Assembly (NCBI GenBank): GCA_035717165.1
Contig: DASTIX010000014.1
Location: forward strand, 503 to 64,502
Length of the DNA: 64,000 bases
Direction: 5' to 3'
Source of the DNA: Candidatus Dormiibacterota bacterium
GTDB taxonomy: Bacteria; Chloroflexota; Dormibacteria; Dormibacterales; Dormibacteraceae
In this document: positions 9,134-18,330 of the stretch, in pieces
How the letters are laid out: each line of letters begins with the position of its first letter
How positions within the stretch are numbered: the first letter of the stretch is position 1
Position numbers and translations under genes: made by a program
The notes under the pieces: generated by a model
Told to the model about the DNA's origin: nothing
What the model saw: only the letters and a program-made list of their open reading frames with translations
The model's database searches: none

Positions 9134-9421
9134 CTAGGGGCCCGCGTGAACCGCGCCGAGAACGTTGCCATACATGACGCCCAGCGCCAGCAGGCCAAGC
9201 AAGGAAAGAAGGACGAGCACGAAGGTGCGGGCGCAAGCGTCTACCAGCCAGGACTGGTCGCTTGCGTCTTGGTCGGACTCGGCGACCCCAAGTCGCTGCC
9301 GGTAGAGGCCTGCCCTCACCGAGAGCCCGATGGTCAGGATCAGGACGATCAAAAGAACCACCATGGCATTGGCGGAGCGGACGCCGAGCGGGTCAGCGTC
9401 CGCGCCATCCAGACAACGCAT
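9134..9421 (-). CDS. small two-TM membrane protein (hypothetical)
   Basis: C-terminal 95 codons of ORF 9134..9985, from ATG 9421: MRCLDG...MVVLLIVLILTIGLSV...FVLVLLSLLGLLALGVMYG. The upstream part of that ORF is antisense to the 9507 gene. Confidence 0.35.
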   Translation of the reverse strand: MRCLDGADADPLGVRSANAMVVLLIVLILTIGLSVRAGLYRQRLGVAESDQDASDQSWLVDACARTFVLVLLSLLGLLALGVMYGNVLGAVHAGP

Positions 9422-9506
9422 CGGGCGGTCAATGTGAACAATTCGTAAGGTTCTGTCGGAGGGTCCGGCCGGCCAATACTCCCGTCCGGGGGCGCGTTCT
9501 TTTGGC

Positions 9507-10415
9507 GTGGAAGTCCCGCTGCTGCTGCAGTTTTCGATTGCGCTCTTCACGGGCATGGTCGCCGCGACGTTCGTCCCGCCTGTGCGGCGAGCGATCCCCA
9601 GACCGGTCGAGATCGTCCTGTGGGTCGCCTTCGTCAGCGTGTGCGTCCTCGGCGTCGCCAGCATCACCGATCGCAACGCTCGCGAGCTGAGCACGTCTGC
9701 GATCTGGGGTGCCGACCAGATCTTCAACACCACCATCGGGTTGATGCTCGGTGGAGTCGGCGGCTGGATCGTCGACCACCGGTTCCCGATCGCCAGCTGG
9801 CTCGTGATCATCGCCGGCACGGACATCTTCGCCCTCATGTTCATTCGCTCGGCGCGCAGCGCCCAGCGATGGCAGCCGCGAGTCCGGCTTCGCGAGTGGA
9901 TGGAAATCCCCGTGGCGGTGGCGCCCACCGCTGCAAGCCAGTCCGCCGCGGCCGGCGATCCGCTGGCCGGCGTCAATCGCCGCATCGCGGCATGGGGCGC
10001 GATCGCAGGGACCGCAGTGCTCGCCGGGCTCGTCGAGATGGCGATCTGGATGCGCGACGTAGTGGTCCCGCACCACGCCGGACGGCTGGCTCAGGCCGCT
10101 GCCGCGGGCAGGGTCGAGTCGCGCGCGCGACTGGACTCGCTGCGCGACGCGACAGCACACCTTCAATATGCGGCCCGTTCGTGGTACTCCGCGGCGGGCG
10201 AACCCGTCATCAGTGATCTCGCAGCGCGCACCGCGCGCGCGGCCAAGCGCAGCCTGAAGCCGGTCGCGCTCCGGCCCGGCGAGATCATCGACATCCAGGC
10301 GCTCTTGGGCGCCCAATCTATCGGCTGGTACGGACCTCTCACGACCGGACCGATGCTGCCACCGGGGGAAAACGATGCCGCTGAACCACCACGATCCGAT
10401 CGTCTGGCCTCGTAG
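9507..10415 (+). CDS. hypothetical polytopic membrane protein with a soluble C-terminal half
   Basis: 302-aa ORF with about 4 hydrophobic segments in the first 120 aa. No family recognised. Confidence 0.5.
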   Translation: MEVPLLLQFSIALFTGMVAATFVPPVRRAIPRPVEIVLWVAFVSVCVLGVASITDRNARELSTSAIWGADQIFNTTIGLMLGGVGGWIVDHRFPIASWLVIIAGTDIFALMFIRSARSAQRWQPRVRLREWMEIPVAVAPTAASQSAAAGDPLAGVNRRIAAWGAIAGTAVLAGLVEMAIWMRDVVVPHHAGRLAQAAAAGRVESRARLDSLRDATAHLQYAARSWYSAAGEPVISDLAARTARAAKRSLKPVALRPGEIIDIQALLGAQSIGWYGPLTTGPMLPPGENDAAEPPRSDRLAS

Positions 10416-10425
10416 AGGTAACGGC

Positions 10426-12453
10426 ATGCGGCGGCGCGCCAGCGCCCCGCAGGTTCTGACCCAGGGGAGGTTCTCACGGCCCGCGGGATGGCTCGTGCGC
10501 CTGTTCATCCTGCTTGCGATCGCGGTGCCGAGCCTGATCATCACGTCGCCGGGTTACGTCGCGTTTGCGGACAAGCTGCCTGACCCGAGCCAGGTGACCA
10601 CAGGCGTCGCCGAGGACACCTTGATCTATGCCTCGGACAACAAGACGCTGCTCGCGGACCTGCACCCGCCCGGCTATCAGAACTACTACGAGTCGCTGTC
10701 CGACATGGGCACGCTTCTCCCGGAAGCGGTGATCTCGATCGAGGACCGCAACTTCTACAACGAGCCCGGCATCGACCCGCAGGGCATCATGCGCGCGGGC
10801 ATCGTCGACTACCAGACAGGGTCGCCCACCGAGGGCGCCTCGACGATCACCCAGCAGCTCGTCAAGCTGCGGCTGGTCGGTAACCAGACGTCGATCGACC
10901 GCAAGATGCGCGAGGCGCTTCTCGCCTTTGAGCTCGAGCGCAAGTACACCAAGGACCAGATCCTCGAGTGGTACCTGAACAGCGTGTTCTTCGCGAACAC
11001 CGCGTGGGGTACGGCAGCGGCGTCGAAGATCTATTTCCACAAGCAGACGAAAGACCTCGACCTGGCGCAGGCGTCGATGCTTGCCGGCGTCATCCGCGGT
11101 CCGACGATCTACAACCCGCTCGTCAACTGGACGTCGGCCAAAGCGCGGCAGCAGCAGGTGCTGAACGCGATGATCCGTGACGACAAGATCACGGCCAGCG
11201 ACGCGGCGCAGGCGTTCTCCGAGGACATCTCGCCGCCGACCCACATGTTCATGCCGACCAACTCGATCGTGTACCCGGCGTTCGTCAGCTACGTCACGTC
11301 GCAGCTGATCCAGCAGTTCGGCAAGACCGCGACGTATGAAGGCGGCCTGCGTGTCATCACGACGCTGAACCCGACGCTGCAGAACATCGGTCAGAGCATC
11401 GTCAGCAATGTCATCGCGTCTCTCGCGTACCGGCGTGTGACGCAGGGCGCGCTCGTCGCGCTCGACCCCACATCGGGGGGAATCCTGGTGATGGTCGGAT
11501 CAGCGAATCCCAATGCGTACGGCGGTCAGTACAACCTCGCGGTGTGGCCTCCACGCAACCCGGGCTCGTCGATGAAGATCTACACGTACACGGCCGCCAT
11601 CGCGAGCGGCAAGTACACGATGACGACGCCCATCCAGGACAGTGCCATCGCCATTCCTGACGGCAACAGCGTGTGGAAGCCGCAGAACTACGACGGCAAG
11701 TTCCACGGCACGTGCCAGCTGCAGGTCTGCATGGGCAACTCGCTCAACCTCCCGGCCGTCAAGGTCGAGCTCGGTGTCGGCGTGTCGAACGTCGTGGACA
11801 TGGCCCGCGCCATGGGCGCGCCGCCCTACCAGCTGCACGGGACCGACGCCAACGGCTTTCCGATCTACACCGACAACGACCCCGACACCAACTTCGGCCC
11901 GTCGCTGACGCTTGGGGGCTACGGCGAAACGCCGCTGCAGATGGCGACCGGCGCATCCGTGCTCGCGACGCAGGGCATTCTTCGCATGCCTTATGCGATC
12001 AACGTCGTGACGAAGAACGACCACATCGTCTACACCCATCCCTACGACCCGGGCAAGCAGGTCATCGACCCGCGAGTGGCCTACATCATGGAACAGGTCA
12101 TGTCCAACGACAACAACCGCGCCATGATCTTCGGCCGCAACTCGCTGCTCACGCTCCCCGGCCGCACTGTTGGCGTGAAGACCGGTACGTCCGACTCCTT
12201 CGCGGACGCCTGGACCGTCGGCTACACGCCGCACCTCGTAGCGGCGGTGTGGGGCGGCAACGCCAACTGGAACCTGAAGATGACGCTCAACTCGGACAGC
12301 TACTACATCGCGGCGCCCATGTGGCATCCGTTCATGCAGCAGGCGCTCGACGCGATGGGCATGGGCAACGAGTGGTACAGCGAGCCGGCCGGGCTCATCA
12401 ACCAGAGCTGCAAGGGCCAGATGGCGTACTACCTGCCGGGAACGCACTGCTAA
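10426..12453 (+). CDS. class A penicillin-binding protein (second PBP1A paralogue)
   Basis: ATG 10426 lies just after the stop of the previous gene. TM segment present. GT51 motifs EDRNFYNEPGID and GASTITQQLVK. Transpeptidase motifs SSMK, SLN and KTGTS. Confidence 0.9.
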   Translation: MRRRASAPQVLTQGRFSRPAGWLVRLFILLAIAVPSLIITSPGYVAFADKLPDPSQVTTGVAEDTLIYASDNKTLLADLHPPGYQNYYESLSDMGTLLPEAVISIEDRNFYNEPGIDPQGIMRAGIVDYQTGSPTEGASTITQQLVKLRLVGNQTSIDRKMREALLAFELERKYTKDQILEWYLNSVFFANTAWGTAAASKIYFHKQTKDLDLAQASMLAGVIRGPTIYNPLVNWTSAKARQQQVLNAMIRDDKITASDAAQAFSEDISPPTHMFMPTNSIVYPAFVSYVTSQLIQQFGKTATYEGGLRVITTLNPTLQNIGQSIVSNVIASLAYRRVTQGALVALDPTSGGILVMVGSANPNAYGGQYNLAVWPPRNPGSSMKIYTYTAAIASGKYTMTTPIQDSAIAIPDGNSVWKPQNYDGKFHGTCQLQVCMGNSLNLPAVKVELGVGVSNVVDMARAMGAPPYQLHGTDANGFPIYTDNDPDTNFGPSLTLGGYGETPLQMATGASVLATQGILRMPYAINVVTKNDHIVYTHPYDPGKQVIDPRVAYIMEQVMSNDNNRAMIFGRNSLLTLPGRTVGVKTGTSDSFADAWTVGYTPHLVAAVWGGNANWNLKMTLNSDSYYIAAPMWHPFMQQALDAMGMGNEWYSEPAGLINQSCKGQMAYYLPGTHC

Positions 12454-12693
12454 ACAGGCGGTGATGCAGGCGCGGTTCGACAAGACGGGGCGGCGTTTGG
12501 CCGACACCGGCTACGGGTGTGGATGCCAGCAGTGCGCCGATACAAACGCGCCGCGGTACGAACGTCGCGGGCCGGACCGCGCCGGCGGTCACTGGAGCCG
12601 ATTGCGTCGAAGCGTCGCGCGGCTGATGTCGAAGAGATACGAAAGGGCTGCCGGTTGAGCTCTACCTGTCGACGACATCTCCGCAACGCAATC

Positions 12694-12927
12694 TCAGCCC
12701 CAATAAGTCGGCGCCAGCTTTCCCTGCCACCCGCAGTTGACACACACAACATCGCCCCCCGGCGCTGAAGGCGGCAGCCCGAGCGGCCGCTGCATAGTTA
12801 CAAGGTGCGTTGAGCCACAACGCGGACACCGCTCCCGCCCCTCGCCCGACTTCTCCTCTTCCGGCGTGAGGCCGCGCGGGCGAATATCCTCATGCTCCTG
12901 CGCGCGGCGCCTGGCGTTCCGGCCCAC
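12694..12927 (-). CDS. small zinc-ribbon protein (hypothetical)
   Basis: 77-aa ORF with CPRCG...CVNCG. Confidence 0.4.
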   Translation of the reverse strand: MGRNARRRAQEHEDIRPRGLTPEEEKSGEGRERCPRCGSTHLVTMQRPLGLPPSAPGGDVVCVNCGWQGKLAPTYWG

Positions 12928-12980
12928 TTGAGTGAGAGCAGCCTACGGCGGACGGTTAGTGCAGCGAACAGAAAACCCCT

Positions 12981-13040
12981 GGATAGGCGCGCCAATCCGG
13001 GGTTATCGAGGCCTCGGACGCCTGATATGCGAGCCAAACC
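12981..13040. repeat. 60-nt element copy B: GGATAGGCGCGCCAATCC (12981-12998), internal palindrome CGAGGCCTCG, then GCCAAACC (13033-13040)
   Basis: Same orientation, same 60-nt length and same terminal motifs as 2511-2570. Confidence 0.6.
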
Positions 13041-13106
13041 AGTTCGTTCGGTGCGCGTGACCGACGGACGACGATCGATCGCTCGAGTAGCGTCCCTGCT
13101 GCCGTG

Positions 13107-13146
13107 GAAAAGAAACGAAGAGGGCTAGCGGTTGGGCGCTAGCCCT
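13107..13146 (-). terminator. intrinsic terminator of the ECF sigma gene
   Basis: 10-bp stem AGGGCTAGCG/CGCTAGCCCT (13121-13130 / 13137-13146) overlaps the stop codon. On the minus strand it is followed by CTTCGTTTCTTTTC. Confidence 0.55.
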
Positions 13147-13774
13147 CGACGGCAAACCCTCTTTCGGCGGGAGTCGTTGGCTCGTCGTACGCGGCCTGGG
13201 GCCCGTACGAGTGCTTGAGCATCAACCGCAGCCGCTCTTTCGCGACCGCAAGTCTCGACGCGACGGTCCGCTCGGGGATGCCGAGCGCCTGCGCGATCGC
13301 GCGGTTGGTGTAGCCGGGGTAGTGGCGCAGCACGATCGCCGCCGCCTGCTTGGGCGGGAGCTTGGCGAGCGCCGTCGCCAGGTCTCGGTGCTCGACGACC
13401 TCTTGCGGATCGGGAGCCAGGCCAGGCCGGCCGAGACGTCGAATCACCTCACCGACCTCGCGCAGACGCATCTTCCGCTGGTACGAAACCGCGGCGTTGA
13501 TCGCAATCCGATGCACCCAGGCTTCCGCCGGGGCTATCGGCTGCCAGGTGGCCCACTTCTTGTAGGCACGCTCGAAGGCGTCCTGGGCACAGTCTTCCGC
13601 TGCCGCTCGATCGCCGAGCATCGCGGTCAACGTGCCGAGGATTTTTCCGTACGAGGCCTGATACAGGCGCTCGAAGTCCGCTTCGTTGCCGGCCCGATAC
13701 GTAGTCGTAGTCGTTTCCTGCGATTCACCGACGTTTGCAGCAGCGATGGGTTCCGCCATATTCCGTTCCTTCAC
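13139..13774 (-). CDS. RNA polymerase ECF-type sigma-70 factor
   Basis: Region 2 AEDCAQDAFERAYKKW...WVHRIAINA. Region 4 LPPKQAAAIVLRHYPGYTNRAIAQALGIPERTVASRL. ATG 13759, preceded by GAAGGAA, is a likely alternative start. Confidence 0.9.
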   Translation of the reverse strand: MKERNMAEPIAAANVGESQETTTTTYRAGNEADFERLYQASYGKILGTLTAMLGDRAAAEDCAQDAFERAYKKWATWQPIAPAEAWVHRIAINAAVSYQRKMRLREVGEVIRRLGRPGLAPDPQEVVEHRDLATALAKLPPKQAAAIVLRHYPGYTNRAIAQALGIPERTVASRLAVAKERLRLMLKHSYGPQAAYDEPTTPAERGFAVEG

Positions 13775-13806
13775 CCCCCTGAGATCAGTGAGTCGAACTC
13801 ACCTGG

Positions 13807-13835
13807 CGTCTACTGTCCCCCAGGAGGGCCGTTCC
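13807..13835 (-). promoter_or_regulatory. candidate ECF-type promoter GGAAC-N17-GTAGACG
   Basis: On the minus strand: GGAAC (13835-13831), a 17-nt spacer, then GTAGACG (13813-13807), about 35 nt upstream of GTG 13774. Confidence 0.3.
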
Positions 13836-13884
13836 GGTCGCCGTACAGACGGCCGGATTTTGGCTAACGCACTTGCAGTACTAG

Positions 13885-15414
13885 GTGTCCGTACGCCCCG
13901 CGACGTTTTCAACTTGGATGAATCCCGGGGCAGAGTCGAATAGCGGCTACGCGGTCGACCTCCTTGCCACCCTAGCAAGCGGATTGGGAGTCGACTCGCG
14001 CGAAAGCGGGCGCAAGGCGCTCGAGGTGGTGCGTGCGCGCGCGCCCGAGCTCATCGTCGTGTCGGAGCAGACCGGCGAAGACCTCGTCTCGACGTCCGCC
14101 GGTTTCATCGAGATGCTCCTCGCGGCGCTCCGCACCGATGTCGAGATGCCGTGGCCCGACTTCGAGCGCCGAGCGCGCGATTACGGCAGACTTCGCGCCG
14201 CGCAGGGTCTCCCCCTCGAATCGTTGATCGATGTGCTCGCGGTCTATCGCCGCGCCACCATCGAGCTCCTATCCCGACCCATCCAGGGCAAGCCGCACTA
14301 CGACGAGATCATCTCGCTCGCACAGGGCAGGCTCGAGGACGTGACGGAGCGCCTGACGACGGCGATCGCGCGTGGGTACCTCGACCACATCGACGAGGAA
14401 CACCGCGCGCGGGAAAGTGAGATGTACGGGCTCGCGGCGATCGTCACCGCGATGAGCCGCTCACTCGACCTGACGGAGACGGCGGAGGTCGCGCTCGTGG
14501 AAGCGCTCGCCGCCTTACGGCTGACGACGGGTGGGCTGTGGTTGCGCGAACGCTCGGCATACAAGCTCGTCCACATCGTCGGACTCGACGACGATCAGGT
14601 CGAGGACTTCAGTCGCCAGGTCGGGCCGCACGTCAAGGCGTCGGCGTCGGCGGTGGGACGGTCGGAGTCGCAGGTCGACCGCGTCTCCGGCCCGCAGTGG
14701 AACGCGCTGCGTGCGCAGCTGCGCGTGCGCGGCCGCACGGTGGGCGTGATGAGCGTGGGCACGATGGTCGACCGGGTTTTCAATGCGTCCGACCTCCTGT
14801 TCATGGCTGCGGTCGCCGACCAGGTTGCGATCGCCATCGACCGCGCACGCCAGTTCGCGAGCGAGGCGCGCACCGATCACCTCACCGGTCTGGCGAATCG
14901 ACGCGAGTTCGAGCGCGTGATGGAGCGTGAGGTCGCGCTCGCCGACCGCCACAACCGGCGGCTGTCGCTGATGATGATCGACCTCGACAACCTCAAGCGC
15001 ATCAATGACAAGCTCGGCCACAGCGCCGGCGACGGAGCGCTGAAGCTCGTCGCGCAGCAGTTGCAGCGCGTCGTGCGCGCGTCCGACCTGTGCGCACGCG
15101 TGGGCGGCGACGAGTTCGGTGTGGCGATGCCCGAGACAGACCTCGAGCGGGCGCGCGACGTCGCGACTCGTTTGCGGCGCGCGGTCGAACACGCCGCGCT
15201 GAGCATGCGTGCGCCCGAGCATGTCGAGGTCAGTGTCGGAATCGCGGCGTGGCGGCCGGGTCAGGACTGGCAGGCCGTCTATCAGGCCGCGGACGCCGAC
15301 CTCTACGAGGACAAACGGCGGCGCAAGACCGTACGGCGCTGGCAGCAAGAGGACCAGCCGTCGCCGATCAGGATTCTGGGCCGCGCCGGCCGGCGAAAAG
15401 TCTCCGGCGCCTAA
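13885..15414 (+). CDS. GAF-domain diguanylate cyclase (GGDEF)
   Basis: DHLTGLANRREF...MIDLDNLKRINDKLGHSAGD...RASDLCARVGGDEFGV. Both the GGDEF motif and an RxxD I-site are present. Confidence 0.9.
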   Translation: MSVRPATFSTWMNPGAESNSGYAVDLLATLASGLGVDSRESGRKALEVVRARAPELIVVSEQTGEDLVSTSAGFIEMLLAALRTDVEMPWPDFERRARDYGRLRAAQGLPLESLIDVLAVYRRATIELLSRPIQGKPHYDEIISLAQGRLEDVTERLTTAIARGYLDHIDEEHRARESEMYGLAAIVTAMSRSLDLTETAEVALVEALAALRLTTGGLWLRERSAYKLVHIVGLDDDQVEDFSRQVGPHVKASASAVGRSESQVDRVSGPQWNALRAQLRVRGRTVGVMSVGTMVDRVFNASDLLFMAAVADQVAIAIDRARQFASEARTDHLTGLANRREFERVMEREVALADRHNRRLSLMMIDLDNLKRINDKLGHSAGDGALKLVAQQLQRVVRASDLCARVGGDEFGVAMPETDLERARDVATRLRRAVEHAALSMRAPEHVEVSVGIAAWRPGQDWQAVYQAADADLYEDKRRRKTVRRWQQEDQPSPIRILGRAGRRKVSGA

Positions 15415-16050
15415 CTACTCGACGAGCGCAAGCTCGCGCGCCTTGACGATCGCCTCGAGCTTCGAGTGCACACCCAGCTTGCTGCCGAGGCTGCGGATGT
15501 GCGTTCGCACCGTGGTGTAGCTGATGCCGAGCTTGTCCGCGATGTCCCGGCTGGACGTGCCCTCGGCCATCAGTCGGAGCACCTCTTTCTCACGCGGGGT
15601 CAGGCGTTCGAGCTGAGTTTCGACCTCGCGCCTGCTGTTGAGCAGCTGCGCGATGCTGCGAGGAGTAAACAGCGATCCGCCCTGGGCGACTGTGCGGATG
15701 GCGTCGACGACCTCCTGCGCCGCGCGCGACTTGTGGATGAACGCGCTTGCGCCGGCCTCCAGCGCCGCGAATCGTGCCGCGTCGCTGTCCTCGCGCGTCA
15801 GGAAGATCAGCTTGGTCTCTGGGCGCATCTGGCGGATTCCTGCGGCAGCGTCGGCGCCGGTGCCGTCGGTGAGGCGAAAGTCGATCAGAACAAGGTCAGG
15901 CTTCAGCTCCGCCGCGCGCGCGATCGACTCGGCGACCGAACCGGAGTGGCCGACCACCTTCATGTCGTCCTGGTCGTTGATGAGGGCGGCCAGGCCCTCG
16001 GCCACGACCTGGTGGTCCTCGATGATCATGACGCGCGTCTGATTGCTCAC
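15415..16050 (-). CDS. NarL/FixJ-family response regulator (REC + LuxR HTH)
   Basis: REC segment RVMIIEDHQVVAEGL...DLVLIDFRLTDG. HTH segment LTPREKEVLRLMAEGTSSRDIADKLGISYTTVRTHI. GTG 16050 overlaps the kinase stop as GTGA. ATG 16029 is an alternative start. Confidence 0.9.
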   Translation of the reverse strand: MSNQTRVMIIEDHQVVAEGLAALINDQDDMKVVGHSGSVAESIARAAELKPDLVLIDFRLTDGTGADAAAGIRQMRPETKLIFLTREDSDAARFAALEAGASAFIHKSRAAQEVVDAIRTVAQGGSLFTPRSIAQLLNSRREVETQLERLTPREKEVLRLMAEGTSSRDIADKLGISYTTVRTHIRSLGSKLGVHSKLEAIVKARELALVE

Positions 16051-17855
16051 GCTTGTGATTTCGATTCTGACAGCGGGATCCAGAATTCGACCGTCGTACC
16101 GAGCCCAGGCTCGCTCTGAATCTTGTTCCATCCGCCGGCCAGCAGCGCCCTTTCATTGAGCGCGAGGAGGCCGAGGTGGCCCGGCAGGCGGTCGCGCTCC
16201 GCGACCACAAAGCCGCGGCCGTTGTCCTGGATGATCCCGTGCACGCCGTCATCCAGCACCGTCAGCGAGACCCGCACCTGGGTCGCGGCGGCGTGCTTCT
16301 CGACGTTGGTGATCGCCTCGGTGACCTGCCGGTAGAGCATCGACCGGAACTCGAACGACAGGTCGTCGGGCAGATCGAGCTCGAGCTCGACCTCCGCGCC
16401 GGTCATCGTCTTGAGCATGCGCACACGGTCGCGAATGGTCTCGACAAAGCCTCCGGGCATCTCTAGCGCCGGCGGCCGCACCTCGAACAGCAGGCGGCGC
16501 AACGCATCCTCGGTCTGCGCCAGGAGGAGCTCGGCCTCTGTCAGCAGAGTTGCGTAGTCACCGTTGGGGACTCGCAGTCTCTGCAGCTGCAGCTCGACCG
16601 CCGTCAGCTTCTGCAGCGCGTCATCGTGCAGGTCGCCGGCGAAACGTTTGCGCGCCTTTTCGACCGCCGTCGAAACGTTTCTCAGCAGCATCTGTCGCGC
16701 GGCGTCGACCTTCTCGAGGCGCTCGGCCGTTTTCTTCAGGTCCGCGTCCGTGTAGCGAAGCTGCCATACGAGGCCGGCTGCCAGACCCGCCTTTTGCAGG
16801 ACCCACGTGTCCTCACGAGAGAACCCCTCCGGGCGCCGCGAGTCATACGCGGCGACAAGGCCAAGTCTCTCGTCCCCTGCGCGCCACGGCACCGCGATTG
16901 CGCTGTCGACCTTGAGAGTGTCGAGCACGAAGAAATCGTCCGTGGCCTCGTCGCTGCGCGACGCGCGGAACATCAGGTCGTGGAAGACGACCCTGCTGGC
17001 GAGGTCGTCACGGTCGGGCGCGCAGGGCACCGCAACCAGGCCGCTGAGAAACAGGTCGTCGACGCCGTAGGCGCCACGGATCGGGACCAGCATTCCCTCC
17101 TCGTTGCGTTTCCAGAACAGGACCTTGCGCGCCGCCACGAGCTCGGCGATGCTGCGGGTAAGGCGCCGGTAGAAGTCGGTGAGGCCGTGCGGCGTACGCG
17201 CGTGGCGGCTGACAGCAAGGAGAGCGTCGACCGCCGCCTCGTGCGCCCGCTCGACCCGCTCGGCGCTCCGCGCCCTCTCGTCGTTGATCAGGCGCTGGCG
17301 CTCGCTCCGGTCGAGGTCGGCACGCAGGTTGACGAGTGTGTCGACCATCTCCTGCCGGCGCTCGTGCATCCGGGCGATACCGATCGCGGCCCCGACACTC
17401 CGGACGAGGACGTCGTACGCCTGCAGCTGTACGACGCTGTAGCCCGCCGGGCTCGCGATGCCGAACATGCCGAACGACTCGCCTCCGGCGTCCAGCGTCC
17501 TCGCGCACGTGGACCGGATCACCGGCCTCGCGATCGGACCCGGACCATCGACGCCGGTCCATGCGGTCGCGGCCGGAGGCCCGGTGGTGGCGCCCGCCAT
17601 CGCAAAGACCCGCTCGATCTCCGCGTCGCTGAGCTGGTCCGCCACCGTGCGAGCCTTGGAGAAGACGCGCTTGGTGTCGCCCGACTCGTCGAGCACGGCG
17701 ATGAAAGCGACGGTGGAGTTGGTCAGATCGAGACCCAGGCGGAGCGCGGCTTCGGCGACGTCGGGGACTGTCTTGAAACGGGACAGTTCCGCGCCCGCGG
17801 CCGAGAAAGCTTCGAGAAGATCACCGTGGACGTTCTCGACTCCGACGGTTTTCAT
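16047..17855 (-). CDS. GAF-domain sensor histidine kinase (HisKA_3 / HATPase_c)
   Basis: 602-aa ORF. H-box FAGDLHDDALQKL. ATPase region QDNGRGF...GHLGLLALNERALLAGG. The long N-terminal region is GAF-like. Confidence 0.9.
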   Translation of the reverse strand: MKTVGVENVHGDLLEAFSAAGAELSRFKTVPDVAEAALRLGLDLTNSTVAFIAVLDESGDTKRVFSKARTVADQLSDAEIERVFAMAGATTGPPAATAWTGVDGPGPIARPVIRSTCARTLDAGGESFGMFGIASPAGYSVVQLQAYDVLVRSVGAAIGIARMHERRQEMVDTLVNLRADLDRSERQRLINDERARSAERVERAHEAAVDALLAVSRHARTPHGLTDFYRRLTRSIAELVAARKVLFWKRNEEGMLVPIRGAYGVDDLFLSGLVAVPCAPDRDDLASRVVFHDLMFRASRSDEATDDFFVLDTLKVDSAIAVPWRAGDERLGLVAAYDSRRPEGFSREDTWVLQKAGLAAGLVWQLRYTDADLKKTAERLEKVDAARQMLLRNVSTAVEKARKRFAGDLHDDALQKLTAVELQLQRLRVPNGDYATLLTEAELLLAQTEDALRRLLFEVRPPALEMPGGFVETIRDRVRMLKTMTGAEVELELDLPDDLSFEFRSMLYRQVTEAITNVEKHAAATQVRVSLTVLDDGVHGIIQDNGRGFVVAERDRLPGHLGLLALNERALLAGGWNKIQSEPGLGTTVEFWIPLSESKSQA

Positions 17856-18034
17856 GCGCTACCCCCCTGTTTGCCGGCTAACAGGATTTTACTTCTCTCG
17901 TCCCGGTGCAAGCAAAACGTCTTCGCAGGTCTTCGCATGGTACCCGTAGGTACTGGCTTCCGAGGGGGCGTTCAAGAGTCGAAGGGAGCGGCCGACTGGT
18001 TGCTTCAGTCGGGCTCCCAAACCAAGGGAGCGGG

Positions 18035-18330
18035 TCAAATGGATGCCGTCGAGCGAGCTTCAGTGCGGGCGTACTCAGCCAGCCGGTTGCGTTTTCTTTT
18101 CGCGATGGTTTCTCGACGAGCTTTCCAGATGGTGAACGGCTCGGCGAGCCACGCCATCGTCAGGCCGTTCATCGTGCTGGCCGCCAGGGCGCTCGGTCCT
18201 GGCCCGACCCGGCTCCGGCTCGTCAAGCTGGCGCACAACCTCAGCCACACCGCGACGGTCGTCGAGCTTCCACTGCCGGAGCACGATGGCGAGCTGGGCC
18301 CCGCTCAGCCGACTCGGCGCGCGGCGTAGG
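18035..18330 (-). pseudogene. possible gene remnant (coding-like third-position GC in two minus-strand frames, no usable start)
   Basis: Frame a (...LSGAQLAIVLRQWKLDDRRGVAEVVRQLDEP...) and frame b (MNGLTMAWLAEPFTIWKARRETIAKRKRNRLAEY...) each show runs of G/C-ending codons. No ATG/GTG/TTG lies upstream of frame a before 18284. Confidence 0.2.

Noticed and set aside
9134-9985. Full 283-aa minus-strand ORF
   Set aside because: The upstream two-thirds is antisense to the better-supported membrane protein at 9507-10415 and is Arg/Thr/Ser-rich. Only the C-terminal 95 codons were kept, at low confidence.
12454-12693. 240-bp gap after PBP1A-2 with several short Arg-rich ORFs (12461..12658, 12517..12768, 12450..12752)
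   Set aside because: No motif, signal peptide or coding-like codon pattern was recognised, and no terminator hairpin was evident either.
16626-18329. 567-aa plus-strand ORF antisense to the histidine kinase
   Set aside because: The translation is Arg/Gly/Ala/Pro-rich with no motifs. It lies fully opposite a well-supported kinase gene, which is the typical shadow ORF of high-GC DNA.
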